From an uncultured delta proteobacterium (GTDB lineage: Bacteria > Desulfobacterota > WTBG01), in assembly GCA_963793865.1 (NCBI GenBank), contig CAWCBP010000004.1, positions 292,526 through 356,525 of the forward strand: 64,000 nucleotides of DNA, given 5' to 3'. Each line of letters starts with the position of its first letter. The first letter of the stretch is position 1. Shown piece after piece: positions 1 through 9,620 of this stretch. The position numbers and the translations under genes were made by a program. The notes below the pieces were generated by a model. That model had not been told where the DNA came from. It ran no database searches and saw nothing but the letters and a program-made list of their open reading frames with translations.

Positions 1-348
1 CACCTGCTGTCGGAGATAGAAATGATCTGCGACCGGGTGGCCATTCTCAATCACGGGAAGCTGGTGGGGTCGGGAACCAAGGAGGAGCTCACCGCCCGGA
101 CAACATCGGTCGAGCTGAAGGTGGAGGGAATAAGCGACCGGCTGCTGGAAAAGATCAAGGAAGTCGCCTCGCAGATAACGGTGGATGGCGATACCATACT
201 GCTCAGCCTCCGCGCCGGCGAGCCCATCAGCACGCTCCCCGAGATAATCGTCAATCAGGGGGCGAAGCTGCTTTCTTTGAACTCCCGCTCGGAATCGCTT
301 GAAGATATCTTTTACCGGCTTGTCAAGGAAACAAAGGCAGATGAGTAA
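1..348 (+). CDS. ABC transporter ATP-binding protein, C-terminal part (5' truncated by window)
   Basis: Frame 1 reads HLLSEIEMICDRVAILNHGKLV, the H-loop region of ABC-2 type ATPases. Confidence 0.9.
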   Translation, partial: HLLSEIEMICDRVAILNHGKLVGSGTKEELTARTTSVELKVEGISDRLLEKIKEVASQITVDGDTILLSLRAGEPISTLPEIIVNQGAKLLSLNSRSESLEDIFYRLVKETKADE

Positions 349-1131
349 AATACTGGCCATAGCCCGGATGACGGTCAAAGGGGAGCTGCGCAACAGGCTG
401 ATCTACATACTGCTGGCCGTCGCATTGCTCTTCCTCTTCATGGCCGGGGATGCGCGCCGGCGAAAATCAACATCGAAAAGGGATTTATCAATCCCGAACA
501 GATTACCCGGGCGGGCATGCTTTTTACCTTTAACTGCATCCTCTTCTGGGGGCTTTCCCTGTGCGGCCTGCTGGCCATGAACGCCATCCCCCGTGAGCTG
601 GATGAGGAAACCATCGTGCTGACCATAACCAAGCCGGTCAAGCGACACTGGTTTCTGGCAGGCAAATTTCTGGGCATCTTTTTCATAGTCTTCAGCAATA
701 TCATGGTCCTGACGCTCTGTTTCCTGCTTTTCTTTTACCTGAGAACGGGGGCTGCAGACCCCCGGATTTTTGCCGTCCTGGCCGCGGCCACGCCAAACTT
801 TATCCTGGTTATCTCGCTTGTTTTCCTTTTGTCCCTCCTGCTCCCCAGGGCCTTGGGCGCGATTCTCACCCTTGGCGTATATGCCACCAGTTTGTGGCTG
901 AGCGTACTTTTCTTCTTTGAGAAGGTGCGGGCTTACTGGGAACCATCATTGCCCACCCAGGTCCTCCACTACCTGCTTCCCCAGCTCGGCGGGGTGCATC
1001 TGTACGCGCTGTCCCTCATGAGTGATGTTTTCCCCTCTTCCATGGGCATGTGGGCGCTGCTGGACATCACGGCGTACCTCATCGTTATCTGGACAATCAT
1101 GATTATCGTTTTCCGGCGCAAGGCCATTTAG
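341..1131 (+). CDS. ABC-2 type transporter permease, one frameshift near 445-450
   Basis: MSKILAIARMTVKGELRNR start overlaps the ATPase stop; continues in ORF 517..1131 with IPRELDEETIVLTITKPVKR...LAGKFLG motif and several TM helices. Confidence 0.8.
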
Positions 1132-1209
1132 GAAGGCGGTGTTAGTGGAGGGAATGATTTCGCACAATAGCAGCTGAGCGAACGACGGACGTGAGCTAAC
1201 ACAAACGCA

Positions 1210-1236
1210 GTGGGGCGACCGGCCGGTCGCCCCTGC
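1210..1236. repeat. REP-like palindrome, family B (GTAGGGGCGACCGGCCGGTCGCCCCTAC type)
   Basis: gtggggcgaccggccggtcgcccctgc; near-identical copies at 50358 and 50859. Confidence 0.8.
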
Positions 1237-1254
1237 ATTTTTCAATAGTCTTGT

Positions 1255-1452
1255 TTAATGCCTGTTTGGCACAGTATTTCTCTTACCCTGCTGTTTTGAC
1301 AGATGCCGTTTCCTGTGGGCCGGGCCGCGGGCAGTTGTATCCTCCGGGAACCGGTGGGGTGCATTCTTATCGTTTCTGTTCAGGCCTGAAAGCCTCAACT
1401 GCTTATTATAGGTCCTCAGAACGGTCTGTATCTGCTGAGTCGAAACGCTCAT
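1255..1452 (-). CDS. DVU0524-family (FlgM-associated) small protein, short
   Basis: N-terminus MSVSTQQIQTVLRTYNKQLR fits the family's QIxNVLRTYxKQL pattern; sigma28-like promoter upstream. Confidence 0.6.
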   Translation of the reverse strand: MSVSTQQIQTVLRTYNKQLRLSGLNRNDKNAPHRFPEDTTARGPAHRKRHLSKQQGKRNTVPNRH

Positions 1453-1513
1453 GACTTTTTCCCTGCCTGGTATTCGTTTTGACAGTATTCATTACATGTA
1501 AAGTCTCCTATAC

Positions 1514-1540
1514 TCATCGGAAAACAGGGGGAAACCTTTA
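1514..1540 (-). promoter_or_regulatory. Putative sigma28 (FliA) promoter
   Basis: Minus strand TAAA-N15-TCCGATGA versus consensus TAAA-N15-GCCGATAA. Confidence 0.55.
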
Positions 1541-1573
1541 GCATTATGCCAAGGGGGTGGAAACGGGCATCAG

Positions 1574-2140
1574 CTATTCCCAGGGACAATTCCAGGCGGC
1601 AGGATCCACGCCCGGCGCCACCCAGAGGGCGCGCTTGATACCCTTCACCATGTTGAAGTACTGCATCATTTCAGGAACAATCCTGGTAACGATGAGGAAG
1701 TCGGGAATGGCCGTTTGATTAAAGTCAGCAAGCTGCCGTTCCACGTGGAGCAGGTCGCAGCCCTTCTTCCATTCCGCGTCGCCCTTATGGAAGACCTGCG
1801 CGTTTCCCCAGATCCGCAGCCCGCGGGTTGACTTGTAGCCGAAGTACGGCGAGATAATGCCCACGCAGCAGCGCGGGTTTCGCTCGATGAACATTTTCTT
1901 CCACTCCACCACCTTGCCCTTTTCACCTTTTTGATAAAACTCATAGCTCCTGCCTTCCGACACCACATACAAGGTGGCACCGTCATTGCGGTATTCCACC
2001 GGTGTCGCCCGGGGAACGTTATTATGGGCGAATGCCAGGGTGCAAATATTGTTGATTTCGAGATACTCCACCATTTCCCGGTAGAGTTCGTCCTGAGTCA
2101 GCTTTCCTTTCGCCGCATCCTTTTGTTCAGTTCCCGCCAT
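1574..2140 (-). CDS. Pyridoxamine 5'-phosphate oxidase-like FMN-binding split-barrel protein
   Basis: CTLAFAHNNVPRATPVEY, K..FIERNPRCCV and GLRIWGNA motifs. Confidence 0.75.
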   Translation of the reverse strand: MAGTEQKDAAKGKLTQDELYREMVEYLEINNICTLAFAHNNVPRATPVEYRNDGATLYVVSEGRSYEFYQKGEKGKVVEWKKMFIERNPRCCVGIISPYFGYKSTRGLRIWGNAQVFHKGDAEWKKGCDLLHVERQLADFNQTAIPDFLIVTRIVPEMMQYFNMVKGIKRALWVAPGVDPAAWNCPWE

Positions 2141-2257
2141 GCTCTGCTCCTTTGTTTAAATGCCTGCCTTCCAATTACTTCATCAAAGATGCAACAGTAT
2201 GTCTTTCCATCCTGTAATGTGCTTGCTATACATCCAGCCCAAATATTTTAAATTTGG

Positions 2258-2307
2258 GTAGGAGCGCCTTCAGGCGCGATGCATTCGCGGCTGAAAGCCG
2301 CTCCTAC
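2258..2307. repeat. Inverted REP doublet (REPIN-like), family A (GTAGGAGCGGCTTTAGCCGCG)
   Basis: gtaggagcgccttcaggcgcga...tcgcggctgaaagccgctcctac. Confidence 0.85.
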
Positions 2308-2387
2308 CGGTTATCAATATTTCTGAGAGAAAAACCGGCCCGCGGCTGGTAAATGCTCAGACATGGGCCTGTAAGAAAAAGCCCACT

Positions 2388-3896
2388 TCAGGAGAGCGGA
2401 GCCAGAAGGGTGATGTGCGTTCCCTTTCCGGGCGCTGATCTGACAACCATGTCTCCCTTATGCCATTGCAGCCTCTCCTTAATGCTGAACAGCCCGAATC
2501 CCTTGTTGCGGTCGGGAAGCAATTGTAAGCTCCTGGTGTCAAAGCCGACCCCGTCATCTCTCATCTCCAGCCGCACCTGATGATCATCCTGTCTGAGCGA
2601 TACCATTACATTTTTTGCATTGGCATGCTTGACAACATTGGTCAGCAGCTCTCTTGCAGCCCGGTACAAGAGCGTGCTCATATTTTGATCCATGACTTTT
2701 GGTTTTCGATCGCTTTCAAAGTTAATTTTGAGATCGTGTTCTTTATTGGCCTGGTCAACCAGCCATTCCAGGGCGGCCTCAAGCCCGAACTCATTGAGAA
2801 TGGAAGGACTCATTTCATAGGACAAGGCGCGTGTATCGTTCACTGCCTTTTCAATGAGCTTGAATATTTCCTTCCAGGTTTCAGCGCTTTCGCCACCGGC
2901 TTCGGCTTTCGCCATCATTTCCAATCTTATTTTCAGCACAAACAGCGTCTGCCCGATCCTGTCATGCAGATAGTTCGAAAAGGTGCGCCTGGCATTTTCC
3001 TCTATGGCCGTCACTTCCATGGCCAAAGCCTTGAGCTTATCCCGTGCCGCAATAAGCTCTTCCTCCTTCTGTTTCATCTCCGTTATCTCATGGGCGAAAA
3101 TAACAACTTGCGAGACACTGCCCTCCCGGTCGAAAATGGGATGGATGGCATTATCAAACCAGCGGGTGCCGTTATTATCCTGGAAATAAACCGGGATTCG
3201 TTCCCGCAGCACCTTTTTAAAGAATGCCGTTCTTTTTTTTGCCACGTCCCTGCCGAATAAATCAAGCGGCTTCTTGCCGATGAGCTGATCTCTGCTCATG
3301 TTCATTTTCCGGCAGAACGCCTCATTGGCATCGATGAGCGTGGCTTTATTATCAACCAGAACAGCAATATCCGCGGTGGCGTTTAAAAGGATCCGCGCCC
3401 GTTCTTCACTCACCCGCAGCTGCTCTTCCATCTGTATCCGGTCCGAGATTTCACGGATGATGCCGGTCACTGCATATGTGCCTTCCGGTTTAATAAGATG
3501 AAAGGAGCCTTCTATGGGAAATGTCTGACCGTCCTTTCGTGATCCCAGTCCCTCCCGGATGGATCCCGTGTGGGCGCTGCTAAAATTCATAGACATGGTT
3601 TTAAACTTATCCTTTTCTTTATTTCTCCTCTGTGTGGGTAAAAGTATCGATGCCGGCTTGTCCATGATCTCCTTACGGCTGTAGCCGAACATCTGTTCAG
3701 CCTTCCGGTTAAAAGAGCTGATCCTGCCCTTGCTGTCAGTTGTCAAGATGGCATCGTTGGCATACTCAATGGTGTTTTTATATTTTTCTCTCAGCTCTCT
3801 TTGTTCCTGCTTGAGCTTTTCAATTTCAGCAACCAGGCGGCTTATTTCTTTTGATGTATCATTCGCGCGGCTTTTTGTCTTCGTTCCGGCTTTCAT
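2388..3896 (-). CDS. PAS-PAS sensor histidine kinase (HisKA_3, NarX/UhpB type)
   Basis: Two PAS domains; LHDRIGQ H-box, ELLTNVVKHA N-box, DDGVGF, GFGLFSIKER; start chosen at the ATG after GAGGTAGG. Confidence 0.9.
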   Translation of the reverse strand: MKAGTKTKSRANDTSKEISRLVAEIEKLKQEQRELREKYKNTIEYANDAILTTDSKGRISSFNRKAEQMFGYSRKEIMDKPASILLPTQRRNKEKDKFKTMSMNFSSAHTGSIREGLGSRKDGQTFPIEGSFHLIKPEGTYAVTGIIREISDRIQMEEQLRVSEERARILLNATADIAVLVDNKATLIDANEAFCRKMNMSRDQLIGKKPLDLFGRDVAKKRTAFFKKVLRERIPVYFQDNNGTRWFDNAIHPIFDREGSVSQVVIFAHEITEMKQKEEELIAARDKLKALAMEVTAIEENARRTFSNYLHDRIGQTLFVLKIRLEMMAKAEAGGESAETWKEIFKLIEKAVNDTRALSYEMSPSILNEFGLEAALEWLVDQANKEHDLKINFESDRKPKVMDQNMSTLLYRAARELLTNVVKHANAKNVMVSLRQDDHQVRLEMRDDGVGFDTRSLQLLPDRNKGFGLFSIKERLQWHKGDMVVRSAPGKGTHITLLAPLS

Positions 3897-4166
3897 GCCT
3901 ACCTCTGGCGATGGAGATATTTTTATCAGGTTCCCGATACCACTGCGCATCATACCCGGAAATTACAGACAATCAATTAATTAAAATTGCATATTTGTCA
4001 AGAGGGGATGCAAAGTCGCAGAATGCTGAAGCCATAGACGGGAAATAGGAGCACCTGCTAAGTCTGGCAGTGGTCAAGGAGCTGTTTCACATTGAGTCCT
4101 TTACTGCTGTGAACATTTGTTTGCCAGGTTAAGACCGTTGACAGGAGCACTCAGGGAAAGGGATGA

Positions 4167-4478
4167 CTACCGTACCCTGGTTAGGCAGTGTGAAGAAGCG
4201 GTTACCGTACAACAAACATAGCTCCAGTCAGTCAGATTCATGGCATTGGCATAAGAATCTGCAAGAGCTAAAGCCTTTTTTAAACCCTTATGTTTTGAAA
4301 AGTAGTTTGCTTTAATGGTACCGGCAAATAACTCTTTATCAATTGAGCTGCTGTCCACGTACACATCAAAGGCGATCAAGCCATAGGGAATATTATTACC
4401 ATCGCATATATTGCTTTTCCATAGCAACGCGACAATGAAAAGTAATCCCAGGAGAATATAAAAAATACGCTTGATCAT
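4167..4478 (-). CDS. Hypothetical protein with N-terminal membrane anchor, AT-rich
   Basis: 103-aa ORF, hydrophobic N-terminus, no recognised motif. Confidence 0.35.
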   Translation of the reverse strand: MIKRIFYILLGLLFIVALLWKSNICDGNNIPYGLIAFDVYVDSSSIDKELFAGTIKANYFSKHKGLKKALALADSYANAMNLTDWSYVCCTVTASSHCLTRVR

Positions 4479-4582
4479 GGCATGAAGGTTTGGAAGGTTT
4501 AGGGACGTTGTTGACTAAGTGAAATTGGAAAAGTAGAAACACTTGCCTATGATTAAGGCACTCTCCTATCCGGCACTGAATT

Positions 4583-4603
4583 CACGGCTGAAGCCGCTCC
4601 TAT
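4583..4603. repeat. REP family A copy (degenerate), next to AAATGTC heptamers
   Basis: cacggctgaagccgctcctat followed by aaatttcaaatgtcaaaatac. Confidence 0.7.
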
Positions 4604-4646
4604 CGTTTGTTAAATTTCAAATGTCAAAATACACCAACCCGGATCC

Positions 4647-5333
4647 TCATTTACCAAAAACTTTCTTCAAAAGATCCGTTGACCGCGCGGCGGGATTTCC
4701 CCTGATCATTTTTTCCTGCTGTCCAAGCATCAAAAAAAGACCATCGCCTGACTTCCGGGTCACATAATCATCAAGGTCAACCTCCATCCCGCGCATAAAA
4801 GGCATGGTCTTGGTCCTGCCCATAATGTTTTCATAAAGGCGGGTCGTGCCCACCTCGGACATGGTTGATGAGATGATGGGCTTAAATTCCTTGTAAATCC
4901 TATCCGAGGTCTTCAGCTTAAAATAATCCGTCGCCGCGGTATCACCGCCATTAAGAATCTTCTGCGCGTCCTCAAGCTTCATGTTTTTTATGGCATCGGC
5001 AAATATGGAGGCTGCTTTCGGGGCCGCCTTCTCCGCCGCCCTGTTCATGCTGAGAATAAATGCATCGACCTGTTTCTGCATACCCGCCTTGCTCAGAGCG
5101 TCCGTTACCATGCGCATCTTTTCCGGCATCAGAATTTTAATCATTTTATTGCCGAAATATCCGTCTTGCTTCCCGACAAGGGCAATTGCTTTTTCCGTGC
5201 TCAGGGCGAGCGCCTCTTTAAGACCTGATATTATGGTTGCCTGATCAAGTGCGGCTGTTGCGGAATGAGCAATCCACAGCATGCCACTTCCGGCGGCCAG
5301 GACAAGCATGGTTTTATAAATTTTTCGTCTCAT
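4647..5333 (-). CDS. DUF4197 family exported protein
   Basis: GLKEAL, DGYFGN..IKILMPE, MNRAAEKAAP, ILNGGDTAATDYF, EKMIRGNPAAR...LLKKVFG; signal peptide. Confidence 0.92.
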   Translation of the reverse strand: MRRKIYKTMLVLAAGSGMLWIAHSATAALDQATIISGLKEALALSTEKAIALVGKQDGYFGNKMIKILMPEKMRMVTDALSKAGMQKQVDAFILSMNRAAEKAAPKAASIFADAIKNMKLEDAQKILNGGDTAATDYFKLKTSDRIYKEFKPIISSTMSEVGTTRLYENIMGRTKTMPFMRGMEVDLDDYVTRKSGDGLFLMLGQQEKMIRGNPAARSTDLLKKVFGK

Positions 5334-5408
5334 GGGATTTTCTCCTTTGCGATTAACGGGTCAATGAATACTTTATTGTTTCCATAGAAAGCTCATTTAT
5401 TCAAGGAC

Positions 5409-5448
5409 AAAAAAACAGCCCCCAGCCTGCCAAGGCCAAGTGGCTATT
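5409..5448 (-). terminator. Intrinsic terminator
   Basis: AATAGCCACTTGGCCT-TGGC-AGGCTGGGGGCTGTT stem with G-U pairs, running into a T tract. Confidence 0.7.
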
Positions 5449-5600
5449 TTGCAAAGGGAACATTCCCTCCCTATTAAGGGGAAACCAACAATCAATGTCC
5501 TCCGCGTGCCGGCCGGAGGTAGTAGAGTTCTCTCGTAAGGTCCCTGTCCACATCGCCGCAGCCCATGGACATATGCCAAGCACCAACCGGTGACCCTGCC
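5409..5600 (-). ncRNA. Candidate structured RNA, possibly an orphan IS110-type non-coding end
   Basis: Hairpins at 5546-5570 and 5499-5519, further stems, ending in a terminator; recalled resemblance to the IS110 (ISPpu9-like) downstream non-coding region, not verified. Confidence 0.4.
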
Positions 5601-5601
5601 G

Positions 5602-6174
5602 CTATTTATCTTTGAGTGCCGCTTTGATTTTAAGACCGAGCTGCCGTGCCTGTTCCATGATGTCGGGCTTTTCCCTGACATCGTCCATGCCCGCAATGGC
5701 CCCTACCTTGCCCACCACCTTTATCTCGCTGTAGGCAAGGAACTTCTCCATGACCTCCAATGTGTGTTCAATCCCGTGGCCTGCCACGGCCCCCACCACG
5801 GCGCCGGGCTTGCCTGCAAGGGGCTTCCTGCCGTGCATGGGATTGTCGGACTCCTTGCCGATCCCCATGTAGCCAAGCGCAATGCTTCTGTCCATCATGC
5901 TCTTCATCAATCCTGAAACTTCGCCGTAATAACAGGGGGAGCCGAGGACGATGGCTTCAGCGTCAAGGAGTTTCTTGTACAGGATGTTGGTCATCCCATC
6001 CTGCTGCCAGCAGTTGCCCTCGAACACGCAGCGCATGCACCCGGTGCAGTAGCCGGGGTTTATATCGATGAGCCATATAAGCTCATTTTCAGCCCCTGTC
6101 GCTTTCAGTACCGCTTCAATGAGTGCGCCGGTATTTCCCTCTTTCCTTCCGCTTCCGCAGATGCCAAGTATCAT
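5602..6174 (-). CDS. Iron-sulfur flavoprotein / NADPH-dependent FMN reductase family
   Basis: GSGRKEGNT, CTGCMRC-x5-C, GSPCYYGEVSGLMKSMMDR. Confidence 0.9.
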   Translation of the reverse strand: MILGICGSGRKEGNTGALIEAVLKATGAENELIWLIDINPGYCTGCMRCVFEGNCWQQDGMTNILYKKLLDAEAIVLGSPCYYGEVSGLMKSMMDRSIALGYMGIGKESDNPMHGRKPLAGKPGAVVGAVAGHGIEHTLEVMEKFLAYSEIKVVGKVGAIAGMDDVREKPDIMEQARQLGLKIKAALKDK

Positions 6175-6241
6175 GGTGTGATCCTTTCAAGAGCAGCTTG
6201 AAAATTGCATTTTGGAATTTTTCATTCTCCCTAAAAAAATA

Positions 6242-6328
6242 TGGTGCCGGCGGAGAGGATCGAACTCTCATGGGCGTGAGCCCGCGGGATTTTGAGTCCC
6301 GTGCGTCTACCAGTTTCACCACGCCGGC
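6242..6328 (-). tRNA. tRNA-Leu(CAA)
   Basis: GCCGGCGTGGTGAAACTGGTAGACGC...CT-CAA-AA...long variable arm...GTTCGATCC...CACCA; cloverleaf with encoded CCA. Confidence 0.97.
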
Positions 6329-6364
6329 ACTGTGGAGGTGCAATGATAAATCAGTGTGCTCATA

Positions 6365-6538
6365 CCAAATATCCAAATTGAATGCATCAGAACCATCTAC
6401 ATGACCATCAAAATCCAAATGCCTCAAGAGAATTACGCGGCTGAAGCCGCTCCTACCGGTTTGTTGCAACTATGGTTCTCCTTGTCATTTGAACTTTGAA
6501 CTTCATTTGTCATTTGGGCCTTGGCATTTGTCATTTCT
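6365..6538 (-). repeat. Composite hairpin element: AAATGAC-type heptamer arms with a family A REP inside
   Basis: Reverse complement aligns by eye over most of its length with 9445-9620. Confidence 0.75.
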
Positions 6539-6540
6539 CT

Positions 6541-6991
6541 AATAATTATTTTCTCTTTGATAAGAGAATGGACGAATTGGGGCAGTATCAGCATCAATGG
6601 GTCAGTTCCTATAGCCTCCTGAGGAGCATAACCTTTTACAATTGCTCTCCACGGTACCGGAATCATGGTCTTCAATATCATTCTAAGCCAATGTTTAGTC
6701 CGTAACCGCAAAACCTGGGTTCCTTGGCCATTACCTTTTTAATATGGCAATCGTCGTTATTTTGTCGCTGATAAATCTTTTTTCGATCAAGGGTATTACG
6801 GCGCCATCAGCCTCCATATAATTGGCGCCTATGCTCGTGCCGGAACGAACCAGCTGCGAGATTAGCTCATTATTAACGATACCCTTGGGCAAATGATTTA
6901 AACAAAATCGATTACCTGTTCTCCAAATGAGAGCAGTTCTTTCTTCAAGATCATAAACTTTTTTTTCATTTGGGCTTTGACATTGAGCCAT
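6541..6991 (-). pseudogene. Four helix bundle protein (TIGR02436 / 23S rRNA IVP-like), broken by many indels
   Basis: YDLEERT...QLVRSGTSIGANYMEADGA in one frame and TKHWLRMI in another. Confidence 0.8.
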
Positions 6992-7237
6992 TTGAAAAGC
7001 ACTTCATAGGAGTATTAATAGTGGGCTTTGGAACCTGTCATTTCACTCTTTATCAGCAAAAGACCGCTTACCTACTAATCTAATGTTATAAATATTCAAA
7101 TGTCAAACATCCAAAGGTTCAAGAAAAAATAGCCCCCTTAATTTTTCCGTTTAGCGCTTTGAAATTTGTTATTCTGCAGCAGAATAACCTGCCACCGCAC
7201 TACATAATCATTTCCCTACCTTGCGCCCAAATGCCCT

Positions 7238-7370
7238 TTTTTCATTTGAGCTTTGGTATTTGTCATTGCACATATTTCGCGGCTAAAAGCCGCTCCTACC
7301 GGGTCGGTCGCTTTGTCCATTTGAACTTTGAAATTCATTTGGTATTTGGGCTTTGAAATTTGTCATTTCC
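7238..7370 (-). repeat. Composite heptamer/REP element, second copy
   Basis: Reverse complement: gaaatgacaaatttcaaagcccaaataccaaatgaatttcaaagttcaaatg...gtaggagcggcttttagccgcga. Confidence 0.75.
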
Positions 7371-7418
7371 TTAATTAATGTAAAAACGCCGCTTCTGTCA
7401 ACACAAAAGTAATCGCCC

Positions 7419-9420
7419 CTATCCCGCGCGGTACTGCAGCTCCATTTGCTCCAGCCTTTTGATCTCATCGCGGAGCTCGGCTGCCCGCTCGAACTCCAGC
7501 TCCCTCGCCGCCGCCTGCATCTGCTTCTGCAGCCTCTTGATCTTTTTAATAATATCATCCACCGAAGCATATTCCTCCACCTCCTCAGCCGCAAGGGAGA
7601 CCGTGTAGTAGTCCGCTTCGTAGACGGAGCTCAGAACGTCCTGCACTGATTTCTTAATGCTCTCAGGGGTTATGTTGTGCTCACGGTTGAAGTTGTCCTG
7701 GATGATCCTGCGACGGTTTGTCTCATCAATGGCCCTCTTCATGGACTGGGTCAGGGTGTCCGCATACATGAGCACCCTGCCTGAAAGGTTTCTGCGCTGC
7801 CCGCCCGCAGGTCTGGATAAGCGACCGCTCCGAGCGCAGGAAGCCCTCCTTATCCGCGTCCAGTATGGCAACCAGGGAAACCTCCGGGAGGTCCAATCCT
7901 TCCCTCAGGAGGTTGATGCCGATCAGCACATCAAAGGCGCCGAGCCTCAGGTCCCGTATGATCTGCACCCGCTCCAGGGTATCGATATCAGAGTGGAGGT
8001 ACTTCACCTTGAGCCCCAGGTCAGCGTAGTACTCGGTCAGGTCCTCGGCCATGCGCTTGGTGAGGGTTGTCACCAGCGTTCGCTCCTGCCTCTCCACCTG
8101 CTTCTTCACCTCAGCCAGAAGGTCATCCACCTGGTTCGTTGCCGGCCTCACCTCAACCGCGGGATCAATCAGCCCCGTGGGCCTGATAATCTGCTCGACA
8201 ACCTTTCCCTTACTCTTCTGCAGTTCATACGCGCCGGGTGTGGCGGAGACATACACCACCTGGTTTACTTTCCGTTCGAATTCCTCAAACGTAAGCGGCC
8301 TGTTGTCAACCGCCGATGGCAGGCGGAAGCCGTACTCAACCAGCGTTCCCTTGCGGGAGCGGTCTCCCCGGTACATGCCGTTAAGCTGGGGGATGGTTAT
8401 GTGGCTTTCGTCGATGAAGAGCAGGAAATCGGCGGGAAAGTAGTTCAGCAGCACCGCCGGCGGATCCCCGGGCTTCCGGCCATCCAGGTGGCGCGAGTAA
8501 TTCTCTATGCCCGTGCAGTAGCCCATCTCTTCTATCATTTCCAGGTCGAACCGGGTCCGCTCCTTCAGCCGCTGCTCCTCGAGCAGCTTGTTCTGTGCGT
8601 GCAGCTCCACCAGCCGGGCCTTGAGCTCCAGGCGAATGGAGCGGACGGCCGCCTCGAGGCGCTCTTTGCCGGTCACGTAATGGCTGTTGGGATAGATGGG
8701 TATCTTATTGAGCTTCCGCAGAACCTTTCCGCGCAGCGGATCGATCTCCGAGATGCCGTCCACGGTATCGCCGAAGAACTCAACCCGGATGGCCCTGTCC
8801 TCCTCATAGGCGGGAAAGATTTCCACCACGTCACCCCGCACCCGGAAGGTGCCCCGGCTGAAATCGTAATCATTGCGTTCGTACTGTATCTCCACCAGCC
8901 GCGAGAGCACCTCGTCCCGGGAAACCTCCGCCTGCCTCTGGAACAGAACCAGCATGTTCTTGTACTCCTCGGGAGACCCCAGCCCGTAGATGCAGGAAAC
9001 GCTGGCCACGATGATCACGTCCCTCCGCTCAAACAGCGAGTGGGTGGCGGCGTGCCGCATCTTGTCGATGGTGTCGTTTATGGAGGCGTCCTTGGCGATG
9101 TAGGTGTCGGTCGTGGGCAGGTATGCTTCAGGCTGGTAATAATCGTAATAGCTGACAAAAAACTCGACCGCGTTTTCGGGAAAGAGCTCCTTGAACTCCC
9201 CGTAGAGCTGCGCGGCCAGGGTCTTGTTGGGGGCAATGACCAGTGTCGGCTTCTGCACCTGTTCCACCACCTTGGCCATGGTGAAAGTCTTTCCTGAGCC
9301 GGTCACGCCCAGGAGCACCTGGTGCCTGTCCCCCTGCTCGATGCCCCTGCTCAATTTTTCTATGGCCTGCGGTTGATCACCCTGGGGGGTAAAGGAGGAA
9401 ACGATGGTAAAAGGAGGCAT
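7419..9420 (-). CDS. uvrB: Excinuclease ABC subunit B, one extra base near 7795
   Basis: [41 protein letters not shown]; C-terminal UVR domain ([13 protein letters not shown]) in ORF 7419..7871. Confidence 0.96.
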
Positions 9421-9444
9421 TGAGGCGACCTGAAAAATAAGGGA

Positions 9445-9620
9445 AGAAATGACAAATGTCTCAAAGCTCAAACGACAAATGAAGTTCAAAGTTCAAGTGA
9501 CAAAGAAAACCGTGGTTGCGCCGAACCGGTAGGAGCGGCTTTTAGCCGCGAAATATCTCCTGAGTCATTTGGATTTTGACATTCATTTGAACTTTGGATT
9601 TGGTCATTTGGCATTTTCAA
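9445..9620 (+). repeat. Composite heptamer-armed hairpin with central REP, between cysS and uvrB
   Basis: AAATGAC/AAAGTTC heptamers, GTAGGAGCGGCTTTTAGCCGCGA at 9529-9551, then inverted CATTTGG/ACTTTGG heptamers. Confidence 0.8.

Noticed and set aside
5409-5600. Known riboswitch, 6S, SRP or tmRNA; also small ORFs 5397..5696 and 5401..5586
   Set aside because: No TPP, SAM, cobalamin, c-di-GMP, glycine or SRP core motifs recognised by eye; the ORFs lack coding features and cross a terminator
6541-6991. Diversity-generating retroelement (Avd-like gene)
   Set aside because: No reverse transcriptase and no TR/VR repeat pair seen in the window
6242-7400. tRNA-anchored genomic island at tRNA-Leu (also considered at tRNA-Pro)
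   Set aside because: No integrase and no duplicated tRNA 3' end found; the unusual DNA lies 5' of tRNA-Leu
7657-9297. 546-aa plus-strand ORF, and similar long antisense ORFs such as 16752..17999, 15271..16359, 36476..37810 and 60747..61730
   Set aside because: Antisense shadows of well-supported genes in GC-rich sequence; no recognisable motifs
9421-9489. N-terminal extensions of uvrB (to 9489), cysS (to 11193) and acsE (to 62869) in the ORF track
   Set aside because: They run through repeat or intergenic sequence; conserved protein starts lie downstream
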